Shown here piece after piece: positions 20,328 through 30,077 of a stretch of 64,000 nucleotides of DNA. The DNA is from Acidimicrobiia bacterium (GTDB lineage Bacteria; Actinomycetota; Acidimicrobiia; Spongiisociales; Spongiisociaceae): the NCBI GenBank assembly GCA_003229305.1, contig QIDH01000056.1, forward strand, positions 3,777 through 67,776, in the 5' to 3' direction. The notes below the pieces were generated by a model. That model searched no databases, was not told the origin of the DNA, and saw nothing but the letters and a program-made list of their open reading frames with translations. The number at the start of each line of letters is the position of its first letter. The stretch's first letter is position 1. A program made the translations under genes and the position numbers.

Positions 20328-22334
20328 ATGCGATTCATCGTCCGTGGAGGTCCAGATCCGGTAGCGGGCGCCGACCGAACGATGCTCGCCGCGATGGGCA
20401 TGCCGGCCGGCGGGGTGCTGAGGGTCGGCAGCACTGCTGTATTGGTTCGACCCCGCAAGACTGCCGAACCATCGGCCCTTCTGCTAGGGCCCGTTGCTCT
20501 GGCCAACGCCGGCGTCGGTGTCGGTGACTCGGTCGAGGCATCTCGGGCCATATTGGCTACAGCCGAACAGGTGATACTCATAGGCGAATCGCTGCCGCTC
20601 CCCGCCAGCCGGTTGGTCAAGGCGCTACAAGGCCGTCCGGTCTCGAGCGGCGACACCCTGATCGTCGACAGTCAACATGTTGAGGGTGACGGGCCGATCG
20701 AGCTCGACGTCGAATCGGTGAATCCAGCCTCATCAGGACTGATCGGACCTGGCACGGCTTTCATACCGAGCGCCGCTGCCAACTCATCCAAACCACCGGA
20801 TGAGGCGCCCGCTCAGCCAACCCCTTCTGACGCCACCGTCAAGGCACTGCTCACCGGACTCGAAAACGAACTCGACGTCCTGAGCGGATGGCTTTCACTT
20901 CTCACCTCCCCGAGCGATCTGCCCAAGACTTGGGGCCTACCGACCGTCGCAGGAATCATCCTCGAAGCACCTTCGGGTGTCGGCAAGCTCGAACTCGTCA
21001 GGACGGCCGCCGACAACGCCGGTGCGACGATGCGTGAGGTCGACCTCGATCTTGTATTCAAACCCGATCGCCTGCTCGACCTCTTGGAGAGGGCCGTCAA
21101 AGACACGGCTGCGCCTGGCGTTGTGTTCGTCGACCGCCTCGAAGCGGTGATGGGCGAAGAGGGCCTGGTCGCCTTCAAGAGCCAGGTAGGAGCAATCCTG
21201 CGATGGTTCATCGACGCGATATCAGAAAAGCCAGGCCTCGCTTGTGTGCTCGGTGTAGCGGCGACCCGTCACCTTGGGGGCGGTTTGGCGAAGTCGCCTC
21301 TCTTGCCGAGAACACTGAGGATCCCGCCCCCTGATCTGCAACGGCGAGAGCTCCTTTTTCAAACGGGTCTGCAAAGAGTCCCGACCGGCCGGGTCGACTA
21401 CGCCGGTCTGGCCGCCAGATCCGCAGGGTTCTCAGGAACCGACATCATGGCCGCAATAGTGCAAGCCTCGGCGATGGTTGCCAGGACAGGAAACGAGGTC
21501 ACCCATGAGCTCCTCCTGGATGCCATCGGGGACACCGAGCCTTCCCTCGGAACGGTGCCCATGGGTGAAATGCCCTCTTACGGTTTCGACAAAGTTGCCA
21601 ACCTGACCGACGTCAAACAACGGCTGACCGAGGCAGTCATCTGGCCGATGACCCAGCCGGAACGTTTCGAAACGATGGGAATCGATCCGCCCAAGGGCAT
21701 CCTGCTCTACGGACCGCCTGGGACCGGCAAGACGTTCGTCATCAGGGCTCTCGCAAATGAGTCAGGGGCAGCGTTCTTCCCTGTGAAGGGCGCAGAGCTG
21801 CTCGACAAGTACGTCGGCGAATCAGAACGGGGCGTCAGAGAGGTGTTCGAGCGCGCTAAGACCACTGCGCCGTCCATCATCTTCTTCGATGAGCTGGACG
21901 CACTCGCCCCCGTCAGAGGCTCTTCGACTACGTCCGTGACCGATTCGGTCGTCGCTGCGATGCTGACCGAGTTGGACGGTGTGGGGTCGAGGGGCAATGT
22001 TGTTGTCATCGGCGCCACAAACCGCCGCGACCTGATCGACCCCGCCCTCCTCAGAGCTGGCCGATTCGAGGTCCACATCAAGCTCGGCCTCCCAGGCCAG
22101 GACGGCAGACGGGCACTGCTCGGGATCACCGATGTTCCGTTCACGGATGAAGTGGACCTCGATGACCTGGCGGCGAAAACCGAAGGTTTCTCATTCGCAG
22201 ATCTCACCGGACTCCTGCGGGAGGCAGCGCTGGATGTTCTGCGATCAGGCACGGAGGACCTGGCCGTTGGTTGGCCTCAATTGGACGCGGCCATCGAGCG
22301 GTTCAGATCACAGAGTCTGGACCAGCGCAGCTAG
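20328..22334 (+). CDS. Cdc48-like double AAA+ ATPase (Cpa-like)
   Basis: 668 aa. N-domain-like start; degenerate first AAA (EAPSGVGKLEL); canonical second AAA (LLYGPPGTGKTF, IIFFDELDAL, second region of homology). Confidence 0.8.
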   Translation: MRFIVRGGPDPVAGADRTMLAAMGMPAGGVLRVGSTAVLVRPRKTAEPSALLLGPVALANAGVGVGDSVEASRAILATAEQVILIGESLPLPASRLVKALQGRPVSSGDTLIVDSQHVEGDGPIELDVESVNPASSGLIGPGTAFIPSAAANSSKPPDEAPAQPTPSDATVKALLTGLENELDVLSGWLSLLTSPSDLPKTWGLPTVAGIILEAPSGVGKLELVRTAADNAGATMREVDLDLVFKPDRLLDLLERAVKDTAAPGVVFVDRLEAVMGEEGLVAFKSQVGAILRWFIDAISEKPGLACVLGVAATRHLGGGLAKSPLLPRTLRIPPPDLQRRELLFQTGLQRVPTGRVDYAGLAARSAGFSGTDIMAAIVQASAMVARTGNEVTHELLLDAIGDTEPSLGTVPMGEMPSYGFDKVANLTDVKQRLTEAVIWPMTQPERFETMGIDPPKGILLYGPPGTGKTFVIRALANESGAAFFPVKGAELLDKYVGESERGVREVFERAKTTAPSIIFFDELDALAPVRGSSTTSVTDSVVAAMLTELDGVGSRGNVVVIGATNRRDLIDPALLRAGRFEVHIKLGLPGQDGRRALLGITDVPFTDEVDLDDLAAKTEGFSFADLTGLLREAALDVLRSGTEDLAVGWPQLDAAIERFRSQSLDQRS

Positions 22335-22377
22335 AACGCACTCCGGTTCCAGGCCTGCGATGCCGATACATACAGCC

Positions 22378-22821
22378 ATGCGAAGCCGGTCACGCCTCAT
22401 CGCCACCTTGCTAGCCGTCCTATCGGTGGTGGCCGGCGCGTGTGCGACTGCGGGCTCGGTAGAGGCTTCAGGCGAGGCCGCTCCTCCGGTCGTCGAGGCT
22501 CCAGGCCAGCCAGCCCCTTCCGTACCAACAACGGTCGGGGCGCTCCCGACGATCGAAGGTACGCCTGTGACGTTGGCCACGGTGAGGGTCGAGCCGGCAC
22601 CAGAAGATGAGATGCTCGTGGCTCTCGAGGCGCGCTGGCTCTGTGACGTTCAGCGCAGAGCATTCTCTGATCTATCAGACCTCGACGATGCCAGAAGCGC
22701 CCTCTTGGCCAACTCTGACGTTGACGCAGCGGACTACGAGGCGTTTCAGGTGCGTCTGGAATCCGAAATGGAGCTCAGGATGGCCGTGCTCACCACATTC
22801 CAAGCGGACTGCACCAGCTAA
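22378..22821 (+). CDS. hypothetical lipoprotein
   Basis: MRSRSRLIATLLAVLSVVAGAC lipobox signal peptide. Start at 22360 or 22378, inside the longer ORF 22132..22821. Confidence 0.5.
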   Translation: MRSRSRLIATLLAVLSVVAGACATAGSVEASGEAAPPVVEAPGQPAPSVPTTVGALPTIEGTPVTLATVRVEPAPEDEMLVALEARWLCDVQRRAFSDLSDLDDARSALLANSDVDAADYEAFQVRLESEMELRMAVLTTFQADCTS

Positions 22822-22899
22822 CCACGGTTCAAGCGAGGGCTTCCCCCTCTCATTTGTCCACCGCCCACGGTAGGATGAAGCCTGTAAGCTTGGGAAAAT

Positions 22900-23256
22900 A
22901 TGGGGGCAGTGATGCGACAGAGGCAAGTCGCAACAGTGCGGGTTCGCCGCGGCGAATCCGCTGCAAGAACAGACCTTTCTAACGACGCTTGGTACGCACG
23001 CTTAATGCGGAGCGACCTTGGTGCCAACCTGCTCGAGACTGCAATGGTGGTCCTTTTGATCGCGGTCGTGGCCATTGGAGCCATCACCTATTTCGGGCGA
23101 GGCACCGGCGACCTATGGGACCAGGTCCCTGCCGGTTTCGACGGCTCGACCACCAACGACACAGGTGCCGGAGGAGGCAACGGTGGCGGAGGCAACGGCG
23201 GCGGAGGAGGCGGAGGCAACGGCGGCGTGACGACCTCCAGCACCACGCTCCCCTGA
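22900..23256 (+). CDS. Flp/type IVb pilin-like protein with Gly/Asn-rich tail (start uncertain: 22900, 22912 or 23005)
   Basis: ...ARLMRSDLG|ANLLETAMVVLLIAVVAIGAITYFG fits the Flp prepilin pattern: Gly cleavage site, Glu at +5, hydrophobic helix. The tail is GAGGGNGGGGNGGGGGGGNGG-VTTSSTTLP. Confidence 0.5.
   Translation: MGAVMRQRQVATVRVRRGESAARTDLSNDAWYARLMRSDLGANLLETAMVVLLIAVVAIGAITYFGRGTGDLWDQVPAGFDGSTTNDTGAGGGNGGGGNGGGGGGGNGGVTTSSTTLP
23164..23226 (+). repeat. GGN simple-sequence tract (21 codons Gly/Asn/Ala)
   Basis: Directly visible: ggtgccggaggaggcaacggtggcggaggcaac...; produces a poly-Pro artefact ORF on the opposite strand. Confidence 0.85.
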
Positions 23257-23330
23257 CACCGACCCAGGTTGAGGCAGTAGCCGTTGCGGGGAGGCACACA
23301 ATCGCAAGCAGCAAGCTCGACTTCCGAGCA

Positions 23331-23996
23331 TTGGTCGGTTGGCGCCGCTTGCCGGCTGCCGACCGCAAGCTGATAGCGCGCCATGTGGCCACTGCCTCGC
23401 CATGTTTCGCATCGCTGGTAGATGCAGATCCCAAAGGCACGATTCTGGCCGAAGCCCCCCTCATTGACGTTCCCGGCCGCAATCACATGGACCAGTGTGG
23501 ACCTGGCGAACTCCTGGCGGCCAGAGTGGCGGCGTGCGCTCAGCTGAGGGCCTTGCCCTTGGATGACGATGGCCGAGTAGTTTCGCTCCGGCCGATCCGA
23601 CATTACCGAACGCACTTCGCAGCGATACGGATCATCGAGCTGACCGATCCATACACACTCGCATGGGACCACAACGACGTGCGCGCCCTTTTTTCGATAG
23701 CGGTCAACCCGAAGGGTGCTACCGCAGAACAGGCCAAGGCTCGGATCGATATCCCGGCGGACTTCCCGCCATATGCGGCTCAACGCATGATCGACCTGCT
23801 CTTGGCTCCGATCAGACTCGATCTCTTCTCGGTCGCAATCGCCGCCGCTGAACAGATGACCGAGTCGACGCCACCCCCTAGCCTTGCCAAAGCAATCGAA
23901 CGTGCGAGGCGGATCCTGGCCTCCAGCCATGGCCGCGACTTTGCCCACGAGGAGATGCTGGATCGGCTCGACGAACTTCTGGCCCAAGAGGGCTAG
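23331..23996 (+). CDS. hypothetical protein (start uncertain, TTG 23331 proposed)
   Basis: The distal part of ORF 22989..23996 reads protein-like (…IRIIELTDPYTLAWDHNDVRALFSIAVNPKG…LDELLAQEG). The Arg-rich N-terminal part is an alternate frame of the Gly tract. No family recognised. Confidence 0.3.
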   Translation: MVGWRRLPAADRKLIARHVATASPCFASLVDADPKGTILAEAPLIDVPGRNHMDQCGPGELLAARVAACAQLRALPLDDDGRVVSLRPIRHYRTHFAAIRIIELTDPYTLAWDHNDVRALFSIAVNPKGATAEQAKARIDIPADFPPYAAQRMIDLLLAPIRLDLFSVAIAAAEQMTESTPPPSLAKAIERARRILASSHGRDFAHEEMLDRLDELLAQEG

Positions 23997-24072
23997 GAAC
24001 GAATCCGAGAGGTGGGAAGGTTCTGACGCCGTTCCTGGTTCTTTGTTCGACGACCCAAACCGAGGAGAAGAC

Positions 24073-25494
24073 GTGACCACAAACCGCGACTACGACGTTC
24101 TGGTGATTGGCGCAGGGCCTGCAGGAGAAAACGCTGCGGACATTGCCGCCAGGGGCGACCTGAAGGTCGGAATCATCGAGCGGGAATTGGTCGGCGGTGA
24201 ATGTTCATATTTCGCATGCATGCCGTCCAAGGCCCTGCTCAGGCCTGGCGAGATCCTCGATTTGGTTGGCAGGGTGCCGGGAGCGGCTGAGGCGGTGACC
24301 GGGAGTATCGATATCGAGGCAGCACTGTCGAGGCGCGATGCCCTCGCCGGCAATTGGGACGACTCCGGTCAGGTGGATTGGCTCACATCGGTTGGCGTGG
24401 ACTTGATCAGGGGGCACGGCAGGCTCGCCGGGCCCAAGGTCATAGACGTCGAGGCCGAGGACGGATCGGTGATCCGCTACGAGGCCTCCACAGCCGTCGT
24501 GATCGGCACTGGAACCGCGGCTGTCATCCCGCCCATCGACGGCCTGCGAGATGTCCGGATTTGGGACAACCGTGATGTGACCACCGCAAAGGAGATCCCG
24601 AATCGCCTGCTGGTCCTCGGAGGCGGCGTCGTGGGCGTCGAGATGGCACAGGCCTGGAAGACGCTAGGGGCGCAAGAAGTAACAATCGTTGAGATGATGC
24701 CCAACCTCCTTCCCAGGGGGGAGCAGTTCGCAGGCGAGGAGCTGGCTACCGCGTTCGAACGAATCGGAATCGAGGTGCTGACCGGAGTCAAGTTGGTGAA
24801 GGTCGAGCGCGAGGCAGACGATGCCCCTGTGTTCGCGACTCTCGATGACGGAACCACGATCGAAGCAGACGAAATACTGGTGGCCGTCGGGCGCAGACCG
24901 CTGACCGGCGACATCGGGCTCGAAACCGTCGGCCTGGAATCGGGTCGCTACATCGATGTCGACGACCGCATGCGCGCAAGCGGCGTGGACGGCGAGTGGC
25001 TGTACGTCGTCGGAGACGCCAACGGGCGCTCGCTGGTCACCCACTCCGGCAAATACCAGGCGAGGATCGCAGGTGCGACGATCGCCGGCCATGACACGAT
25101 CGCCTATGGAGATCTCAAGGCCGAAGCGGGAATCGTATTCACCAACCCCCAGGTGGCTTCGGTCGGCTTGACCGAATCGGCCGCACGAGCCTCAGGGCTC
25201 GAGGTCCACACGGTCGAATACGGAACAGGCCACACGGCAGGCGCTGCCACGCTCGGCCGCGGGATCAAGGGGACGTCGAAGTTGGTCATCGACGCGAACG
25301 AGCAGGTGATCGTCGGGGCAACCTTTGTCGGTCCAGGGGTGGGCGAGATGCTGCATGCGGCAACGATCGCCATCATCGGCGAAGTAACACTCGCCAAACT
25401 CTGGCACGCAACCCCTGCCTTCCCGGCCATGAGCGAGATCTGGCTCCGCTTCCTGGAAACCTACCGAGACAAATACGACGTGAACTTCAAGTAA
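24073..25494 (+). CDS. FAD-dependent pyridine nucleotide-disulfide oxidoreductase (Lpd/Mtr-like)
   Basis: GTG 24073. DVLVIGAGPAGENAA FAD motif; redox disulfide GGECSYFACMPSKALL; second Rossmann LLVLGGGVVGVEMA. Confidence 0.8.
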   Translation: MTTNRDYDVLVIGAGPAGENAADIAARGDLKVGIIERELVGGECSYFACMPSKALLRPGEILDLVGRVPGAAEAVTGSIDIEAALSRRDALAGNWDDSGQVDWLTSVGVDLIRGHGRLAGPKVIDVEAEDGSVIRYEASTAVVIGTGTAAVIPPIDGLRDVRIWDNRDVTTAKEIPNRLLVLGGGVVGVEMAQAWKTLGAQEVTIVEMMPNLLPRGEQFAGEELATAFERIGIEVLTGVKLVKVEREADDAPVFATLDDGTTIEADEILVAVGRRPLTGDIGLETVGLESGRYIDVDDRMRASGVDGEWLYVVGDANGRSLVTHSGKYQARIAGATIAGHDTIAYGDLKAEAGIVFTNPQVASVGLTESAARASGLEVHTVEYGTGHTAGAATLGRGIKGTSKLVIDANEQVIVGATFVGPGVGEMLHAATIAIIGEVTLAKLWHATPAFPAMSEIWLRFLETYRDKYDVNFK

Positions 25495-25505
25495 CAGCGG
25501 GGCGG

Positions 25506-26747
25506 TCAGGCGAGGACCGCCCCTTTTCCCACTACGACTATGCCGTTCGGTGAAATCGTGAAACGTTCCTTGTCGGCTTCGGGATCAAGCCCGATCTCGA
25601 AGCCTTCGGGAATGTCGACGTTCTTGTCGACTATCGCGCGGTGGATGCGGGCACCTCTTCCGATCTCGACGCCATCGAAAATGACCGAGTCACTCACTTC
25701 TGCGAACGAGTTCACGCGGACTTGAGGTGAGACTACCGAGCGACGCACTGTGCCACCGGAGACCACCACCCCATTGGCGACAACACTGTCAATCGCCTGG
25801 CCCCGCCTTCCGTCAGTGTCGTGGACGAACTTGGTCGGAGGCTCGGATGCGCTCCATGTGAAAATCGGCCATTCGCGGTTGTAGAAGTTGAACACCGGAT
25901 CGAACGCCACCAGATCCATTGAGGCCTCGTAGTACGCGTCGATCGTCCCTACGTCTCGCCAGTAGCCGCGTTCTTGTTCGTCCTGGCCAGGAACGTCGTT
26001 GGTTGCAAAGTCGTAGACGAAGGCCTTGCCCTGATCGACAAGGGCGGGAATGATATTGGCGCCCATGTCGTGTTTCGATCCAGGCGATCCTGAATCGTCT
26101 CGAACCGAGGCCTCGAGCACATCGGCAGAAAAGATGTAATTACCCATCGAGGCCAAGGCCATCTCAGGGTTGCCTGGCATCGCGGGAGGATCGGCCGGTT
26201 TTTCCAAAAAACGGGTGATCCTCCCATCGGTTCCCGCGTCGATCACGCCGAATTCGTGGGCCTCGCCGATCGGAATGGGGATGGCCGCGACGGTGACCCC
26301 TGCGTCGCGTTCCAAATGGAAATCGAGCATTTGCCGTGGGTCCATTCGATAGATGTGGTCGGCACCAAACACGATCACATGGTCAGGTTGTTCGTCGCCG
26401 AGAAGATTCAGGTTCTGGAACACGGCATCGGCCGAACCTTCGTACCAGTGTGGCCCTCTTCGCATCTGAGCGGGTACAGGAGCGACGTAGCTGCCGAGCA
26501 GCGGCGACAGTCGCCAGGTCTGAGCCAAGTGCCGGTCGAGGCTGTGAGACTTGTACTGGGTGAGGACGACAATGCGCCGGAAGTGGGCGTTGACCAGGTT
26601 CGAGATCACGAAGTCGATCAGCCGATAGTGACCACCGAAAGGCACGGCCGGTTTAGCTCGATCCCTGGTGAGGGGGAAAAGACGTTTGCCCTCACCGCCG
26701 GCGAGGACCATCGACAAGACATGTGGGCGTGAACCTGCCATTGACAA
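25506..26747 (-). CDS. glgC: glucose-1-phosphate adenylyltransferase
   Basis: 413 aa. [36 protein letters not shown], plus a left-handed beta-helix C-terminus. Confidence 0.9.
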   Translation of the reverse strand: MSMAGSRPHVLSMVLAGGEGKRLFPLTRDRAKPAVPFGGHYRLIDFVISNLVNAHFRRIVVLTQYKSHSLDRHLAQTWRLSPLLGSYVAPVPAQMRRGPHWYEGSADAVFQNLNLLGDEQPDHVIVFGADHIYRMDPRQMLDFHLERDAGVTVAAIPIPIGEAHEFGVIDAGTDGRITRFLEKPADPPAMPGNPEMALASMGNYIFSADVLEASVRDDSGSPGSKHDMGANIIPALVDQGKAFVYDFATNDVPGQDEQERGYWRDVGTIDAYYEASMDLVAFDPVFNFYNREWPIFTWSASEPPTKFVHDTDGRRGQAIDSVVANGVVVSGGTVRRSVVSPQVRVNSFAEVSDSVIFDGVEIGRGARIHRAIVDKNVDIPEGFEIGLDPEADKERFTISPNGIVVVGKGAVLA

Positions 26748-26794
26748 ACCTTAGAGGTCTGGCGCTGACAAGAGAAGGCTAGACGGGGTCTTGG

Positions 26795-27304
26795 ATGCTG
26801 CCCGCTGCTAGCGTCGAAGACGTGAGTGCCTTCACCTTTCGCAGGGCCATCGCCCTGATCGTAGTTCTCGCCGCGTGCGGAGGTTCTGCCGTGCCCTTGG
26901 CGCTCGGTGAAGAACTGCCGCCAACGTCGCCAGAGCAGATCCAAACCCTGATCGCCCAGACGGATACTCCGGTCGTTGTGAATGTTTGGGCGTCGTGGTG
27001 CATCCCATGCAGGTCAGAAGCCCCCCTGCTGGTGGCCGCCTATGAGTCTCTTGGCGACCAAATACGGTTCGTCGGGGTCGACGTCTCAGACTCGCAGCGT
27101 CCTGCCCTCGAGTTTCTGGCGGAATTCGGGATCGAATACGAAAACTACTTCGATCCCAATCGCAGCGTGCCGGCCTCACTGGGACGGCAAGGCGTACCGC
27201 TGACGTTTTTCTTCAAAACGAATGGCGAACTGAGCTACGCCCATCCAGGCGTGATCGATGAACGCACCCTGGCCCTCCGCATAGACGAACTGCTGGAGGG
27301 CTAG
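26795..27304 (+). CDS. TlpA/ResA-like thiol-disulfide oxidoreductase lipoprotein
   Basis: Lipobox VVLAAC; thioredoxin motif VVVNVWASWCIPCRSEAP. Confidence 0.75.
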   Translation: MLPAASVEDVSAFTFRRAIALIVVLAACGGSAVPLALGEELPPTSPEQIQTLIAQTDTPVVVNVWASWCIPCRSEAPLLVAAYESLGDQIRFVGVDVSDSQRPALEFLAEFGIEYENYFDPNRSVPASLGRQGVPLTFFFKTNGELSYAHPGVIDERTLALRIDELLEG

Positions 27305-28003
27305 GTGGAGTTCACACTGTTGTGGGCAGTACTGGTTGGCGTGGCCGCCCTGCTCGCGGTCTTGCGGTTCGCTCCGTTGCCAGACGCTCGCAAAGATTTA
27401 GGCGACATCGTCCTGACCGCCGCGATGATTGGTCTCCTGGTCGGCAGACTCGCTTCGATGATCGCCAACGGCGTGAACCCGATCGCCAGCCCGGGTGACA
27501 TCATCATTGTCCGCTCAGGAGTGGCCACCGGCTGGGCGACAGTCGCAGCGCTGGCATGGGCGATTTGGGCGTCGAGGCCTCGTTGGCGGCCCGCCCTCGA
27601 CAATGCGGCTCCCGCGGCCCTTATCGGACTGGCCGGCTGGCACTCTGGATGCCTTCTGAGGGAGGCTTGCCTCGGTCCCAAGACCGATCTGCCTTGGGCG
27701 ATGCGTCTGAATGGTTCGGTCGTAGGCCGCCATCCGACCGAGCTGTACGCAGCGGCACTGCTCCTGGTCACGGGAGGCCTGCTCTGGCTCCTGGTCAGAA
27801 GTCGACCCCATCTGGCTGGCACTGGACTGCCGGCCGGACTGGCCCTCGCCGCGGCAGGGGCTACACGACTGGTCACCGAGCCACTCCGCCCCTCCCTCGG
27901 CACAGGACCAGTCGCCTGGTATGCGCTAGCCATCGTGGTTGGCCTGGTCTATGGCGTCTCGCGCACGATTCGGCGCCGGACCGTCGAAACCGAAACAAGC
28001 TGA
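27305..28003 (+). CDS. Lgt-like (prolipoprotein diacylglyceryl transferase family) membrane protein
   Basis: 232 aa, polytopic. LPWAMRLNGSVVGRHPTELYAAALLL resembles the Lgt PW...HPTQLYE signature. Shorter than canonical Lgt. Confidence 0.45.
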   Translation: MEFTLLWAVLVGVAALLAVLRFAPLPDARKDLGDIVLTAAMIGLLVGRLASMIANGVNPIASPGDIIIVRSGVATGWATVAALAWAIWASRPRWRPALDNAAPAALIGLAGWHSGCLLREACLGPKTDLPWAMRLNGSVVGRHPTELYAAALLLVTGGLLWLLVRSRPHLAGTGLPAGLALAAAGATRLVTEPLRPSLGTGPVAWYALAIVVGLVYGVSRTIRRRTVETETS

Positions 28004-28030
28004 TCACCTTCCACTTCTACAATCGAACCC

Positions 28031-28684
28031 GTGCCACGCCGTAGCCCAGTAGAACTCGAGCGCGTCTCAGTGCGAAGGAATGGTTCTTTGATCCTCAAGG
28101 ATCTCGACCTCGTGGTGGAGGCGTCGGAGATCGTGGCAGTGCGAGGACCAAACGGATCCGGTAAAACCACGCTGCTTCGGCTGATATCCACGCTGCTGGC
28201 CCCGACCCGCGGATCGGCACATATCCTCGGGGTCGATGCTGCCGACCGTCAGGCAGTCCTCGGGTGCAGGCACCGCATCGCTCTGGTCGGCCATGTGCCT
28301 GCCCTCTGGCCGGAGCTGACGCTCGCAGAGAACATCTCCGTACTCCCCAACCTCCGACCCCTTGGGGCGGGGCCGATAGCCGAAGCCTTGAAAACCGTTG
28401 GGCTGGCCAAGGCAGCCGACAGGCGCGCAGACCGAGCTTCGCTCGGTATGCAGAGGCGCGTCGAGTTCGCTCGCATCCGCTTGAACCTTCCCGACGTGCT
28501 CCTGCTCGATGAAGCGCACGCCGGGCTGGATGCAGGGGCAGCCGCCCTGGTCGAGGACACCGCTCGTCTTGTGCAATCCAACGGCGGGAGCGTCATCGTG
28601 GTCTCCCACGAAGTCGCCAGGATGCAGGGGGCCTTGAGTCGCGTACTCGACCTCGTCGACGGACGGCTGGAGGCGGCGTCGTGA
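28031..28684 (+). CDS. ccmA: haem exporter ATP-binding protein CcmA
   Basis: GPNGSGKTTLLRLI Walker A, LGMQRRVEFAR signature, LLLDEAHAGLD; position at the head of ccmBCDE. Confidence 0.8.
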   Translation: MPRRSPVELERVSVRRNGSLILKDLDLVVEASEIVAVRGPNGSGKTTLLRLISTLLAPTRGSAHILGVDAADRQAVLGCRHRIALVGHVPALWPELTLAENISVLPNLRPLGAGPIAEALKTVGLAKAADRRADRASLGMQRRVEFARIRLNLPDVLLLDEAHAGLDAGAAALVEDTARLVQSNGGSVIVVSHEVARMQGALSRVLDLVDGRLEAAS

Positions 28685-29355
28685 GTGGGCTGCTGTGGGG
28701 TGCGATGAGCGTGATCCGCAAGGATCTGCTGGCGGAGGGGAGGGCAGGTGAGGTGCTGACCGTGACCATCCCCTTCGGCGCCCTGGCGTTGCTGTTCTTT
28801 CCGCTCTCTATCAACACCGACCTCGCAGTCATTCGCCAAATTGGTCCGGGGATCTTCTGGGCTGTCGTGCTGTTGTTTGGGATCCTCGTCACGTTGCGGG
28901 CTACCGCCGCCGACCCACCCCAATGCCGCGACCTCTTGCTGCTCAGCGGTGTAGAACCGGCCTCCATCTTCCTCGGTCGGACCGCGGCCGGCACCTTGCT
29001 GCTGCTCGTCTTCGAGCTGGTGTTGGCGCCGGTGATGGTGGTGTTCTACAGCCCTGAAGGGATCGCCGGCTGGCCATGGCTGTTTGTGGTCGCCGGGCTT
29101 GTGGCAATCGGCCTGGCGGCGCTGGGAACGTTGGCAGCGACCCTGTCGACCGGCTTGCCTTCGAGGTCCGCCATTGCCCCGCTGCTGGTCGCTCCCTTGG
29201 CGGCACCCATCCTCCTGGCGGCTACGGAGACGACGGATTTGTTGCGGACAGGTCAAGGTATCATTCGCTGGATACTTCTGTTGGTGGCGATGGACCTGGC
29301 CCTCATCATTGCCGGTATGCTGGTGGCGGGTCCCCTCGAGGAGTCCATGCAATGA
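28681..29355 (+). CDS. ccmB: haem exporter membrane protein CcmB
   Basis: 224 aa, six helices. Overlaps the ccmA stop; KDLLAEGRAGEVL start is typical of CcmB. Confidence 0.8.
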   Translation: MSGLLWGAMSVIRKDLLAEGRAGEVLTVTIPFGALALLFFPLSINTDLAVIRQIGPGIFWAVVLLFGILVTLRATAADPPQCRDLLLLSGVEPASIFLGRTAAGTLLLLVFELVLAPVMVVFYSPEGIAGWPWLFVVAGLVAIGLAALGTLAATLSTGLPSRSAIAPLLVAPLAAPILLAATETTDLLRTGQGIIRWILLLVAMDLALIIAGMLVAGPLEESMQ

Positions 29356-30077
29356 AGACACAGAGCGTGATCGGCGGCGCGGCCGTGGTGGTGATGGGTG
29401 TTGGGCTCTTCCTGGCGATCGAGGTCCCCCCTGAACAAGTCCAGGGCGATTTCGTCAAGATGCTGTTCATTCACGTCCCATCGGTGATGATCGCATACCT
29501 CGCATTCACGGTCGGATTGGTCGGATCCTTGGCGTACCTGGCCACCAAGAACACGTCTGCCGACCGTCTGGCGGCAGCTTCGATCGAAATCGGCGTGGTC
29601 TTTACAATGCTCACCCTGGCCACCGGGATGATCTGGGGACGCCCGACTTGGGGAGTCTGGTGGGATTGGGGAGACGCCAGGATGGTCAGCGCGCTCTTCA
29701 TGCTGTTCTTCTACCTCGGCTACCTGGCGTTGCGGCGGGGCGTGACAGACCCGAAGACGCGGGCTGGTCGCACAGCGGTGCTAGGAGTCGTCGCCTTTGT
29801 CCAGGTACCGATCGTCCACTTCTCCGTAACATGGTTCCGGACGCTGCATCAACCGGCAACCCTCTTTCGCCCTGACGTCGGGAACGCCCCGCTCGATTCG
29901 GTCTTCGTTCCGCCCCTGCTCACTGCGTTGGCGGCTTTTCTCCTCGTCTACCTCGCCTTCATCAGAGCCCGCTATCGGCTCGCTGACCGCCAGGACGAGT
30001 TGGCTGCCGCACAGATGACCAGCGAACTGGCCGGCTCGGCGGTAGCCGAGCCAATACTGGGAGGCGTCCATGAGTGA
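29352..30077 (+). CDS. ccmC: haem exporter protein CcmC
   Basis: ATG 29352 overlaps the ccmB stop (ATGA). LFIHVPSVMIAYLAF and the WWD motif WGRPTWGVWWDWGDARM. Confidence 0.85.
   Translation: MKTQSVIGGAAVVVMGVGLFLAIEVPPEQVQGDFVKMLFIHVPSVMIAYLAFTVGLVGSLAYLATKNTSADRLAAASIEIGVVFTMLTLATGMIWGRPTWGVWWDWGDARMVSALFMLFFYLGYLALRRGVTDPKTRAGRTAVLGVVAFVQVPIVHFSVTWFRTLHQPATLFRPDVGNAPLDSVFVPPLLTALAAFLLVYLAFIRARYRLADRQDELAAAQMTSELAGSAVAEPILGGVHE

Noticed and set aside
23088-24080. 330-aa minus-strand ORF ending in a poly-Pro tract
   Set aside because: The poly-Pro is the reverse complement of the GGN tract. The rest is Cys/Arg/Trp-rich and less protein-like than the plus-strand frames.
28249-29361. 370-aa minus-strand ORF
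   Set aside because: It is antisense to ccmA/ccmB, extremely Arg/Gln/Pro/Gly-rich, and the sense strand has clear ABC transporter motifs.
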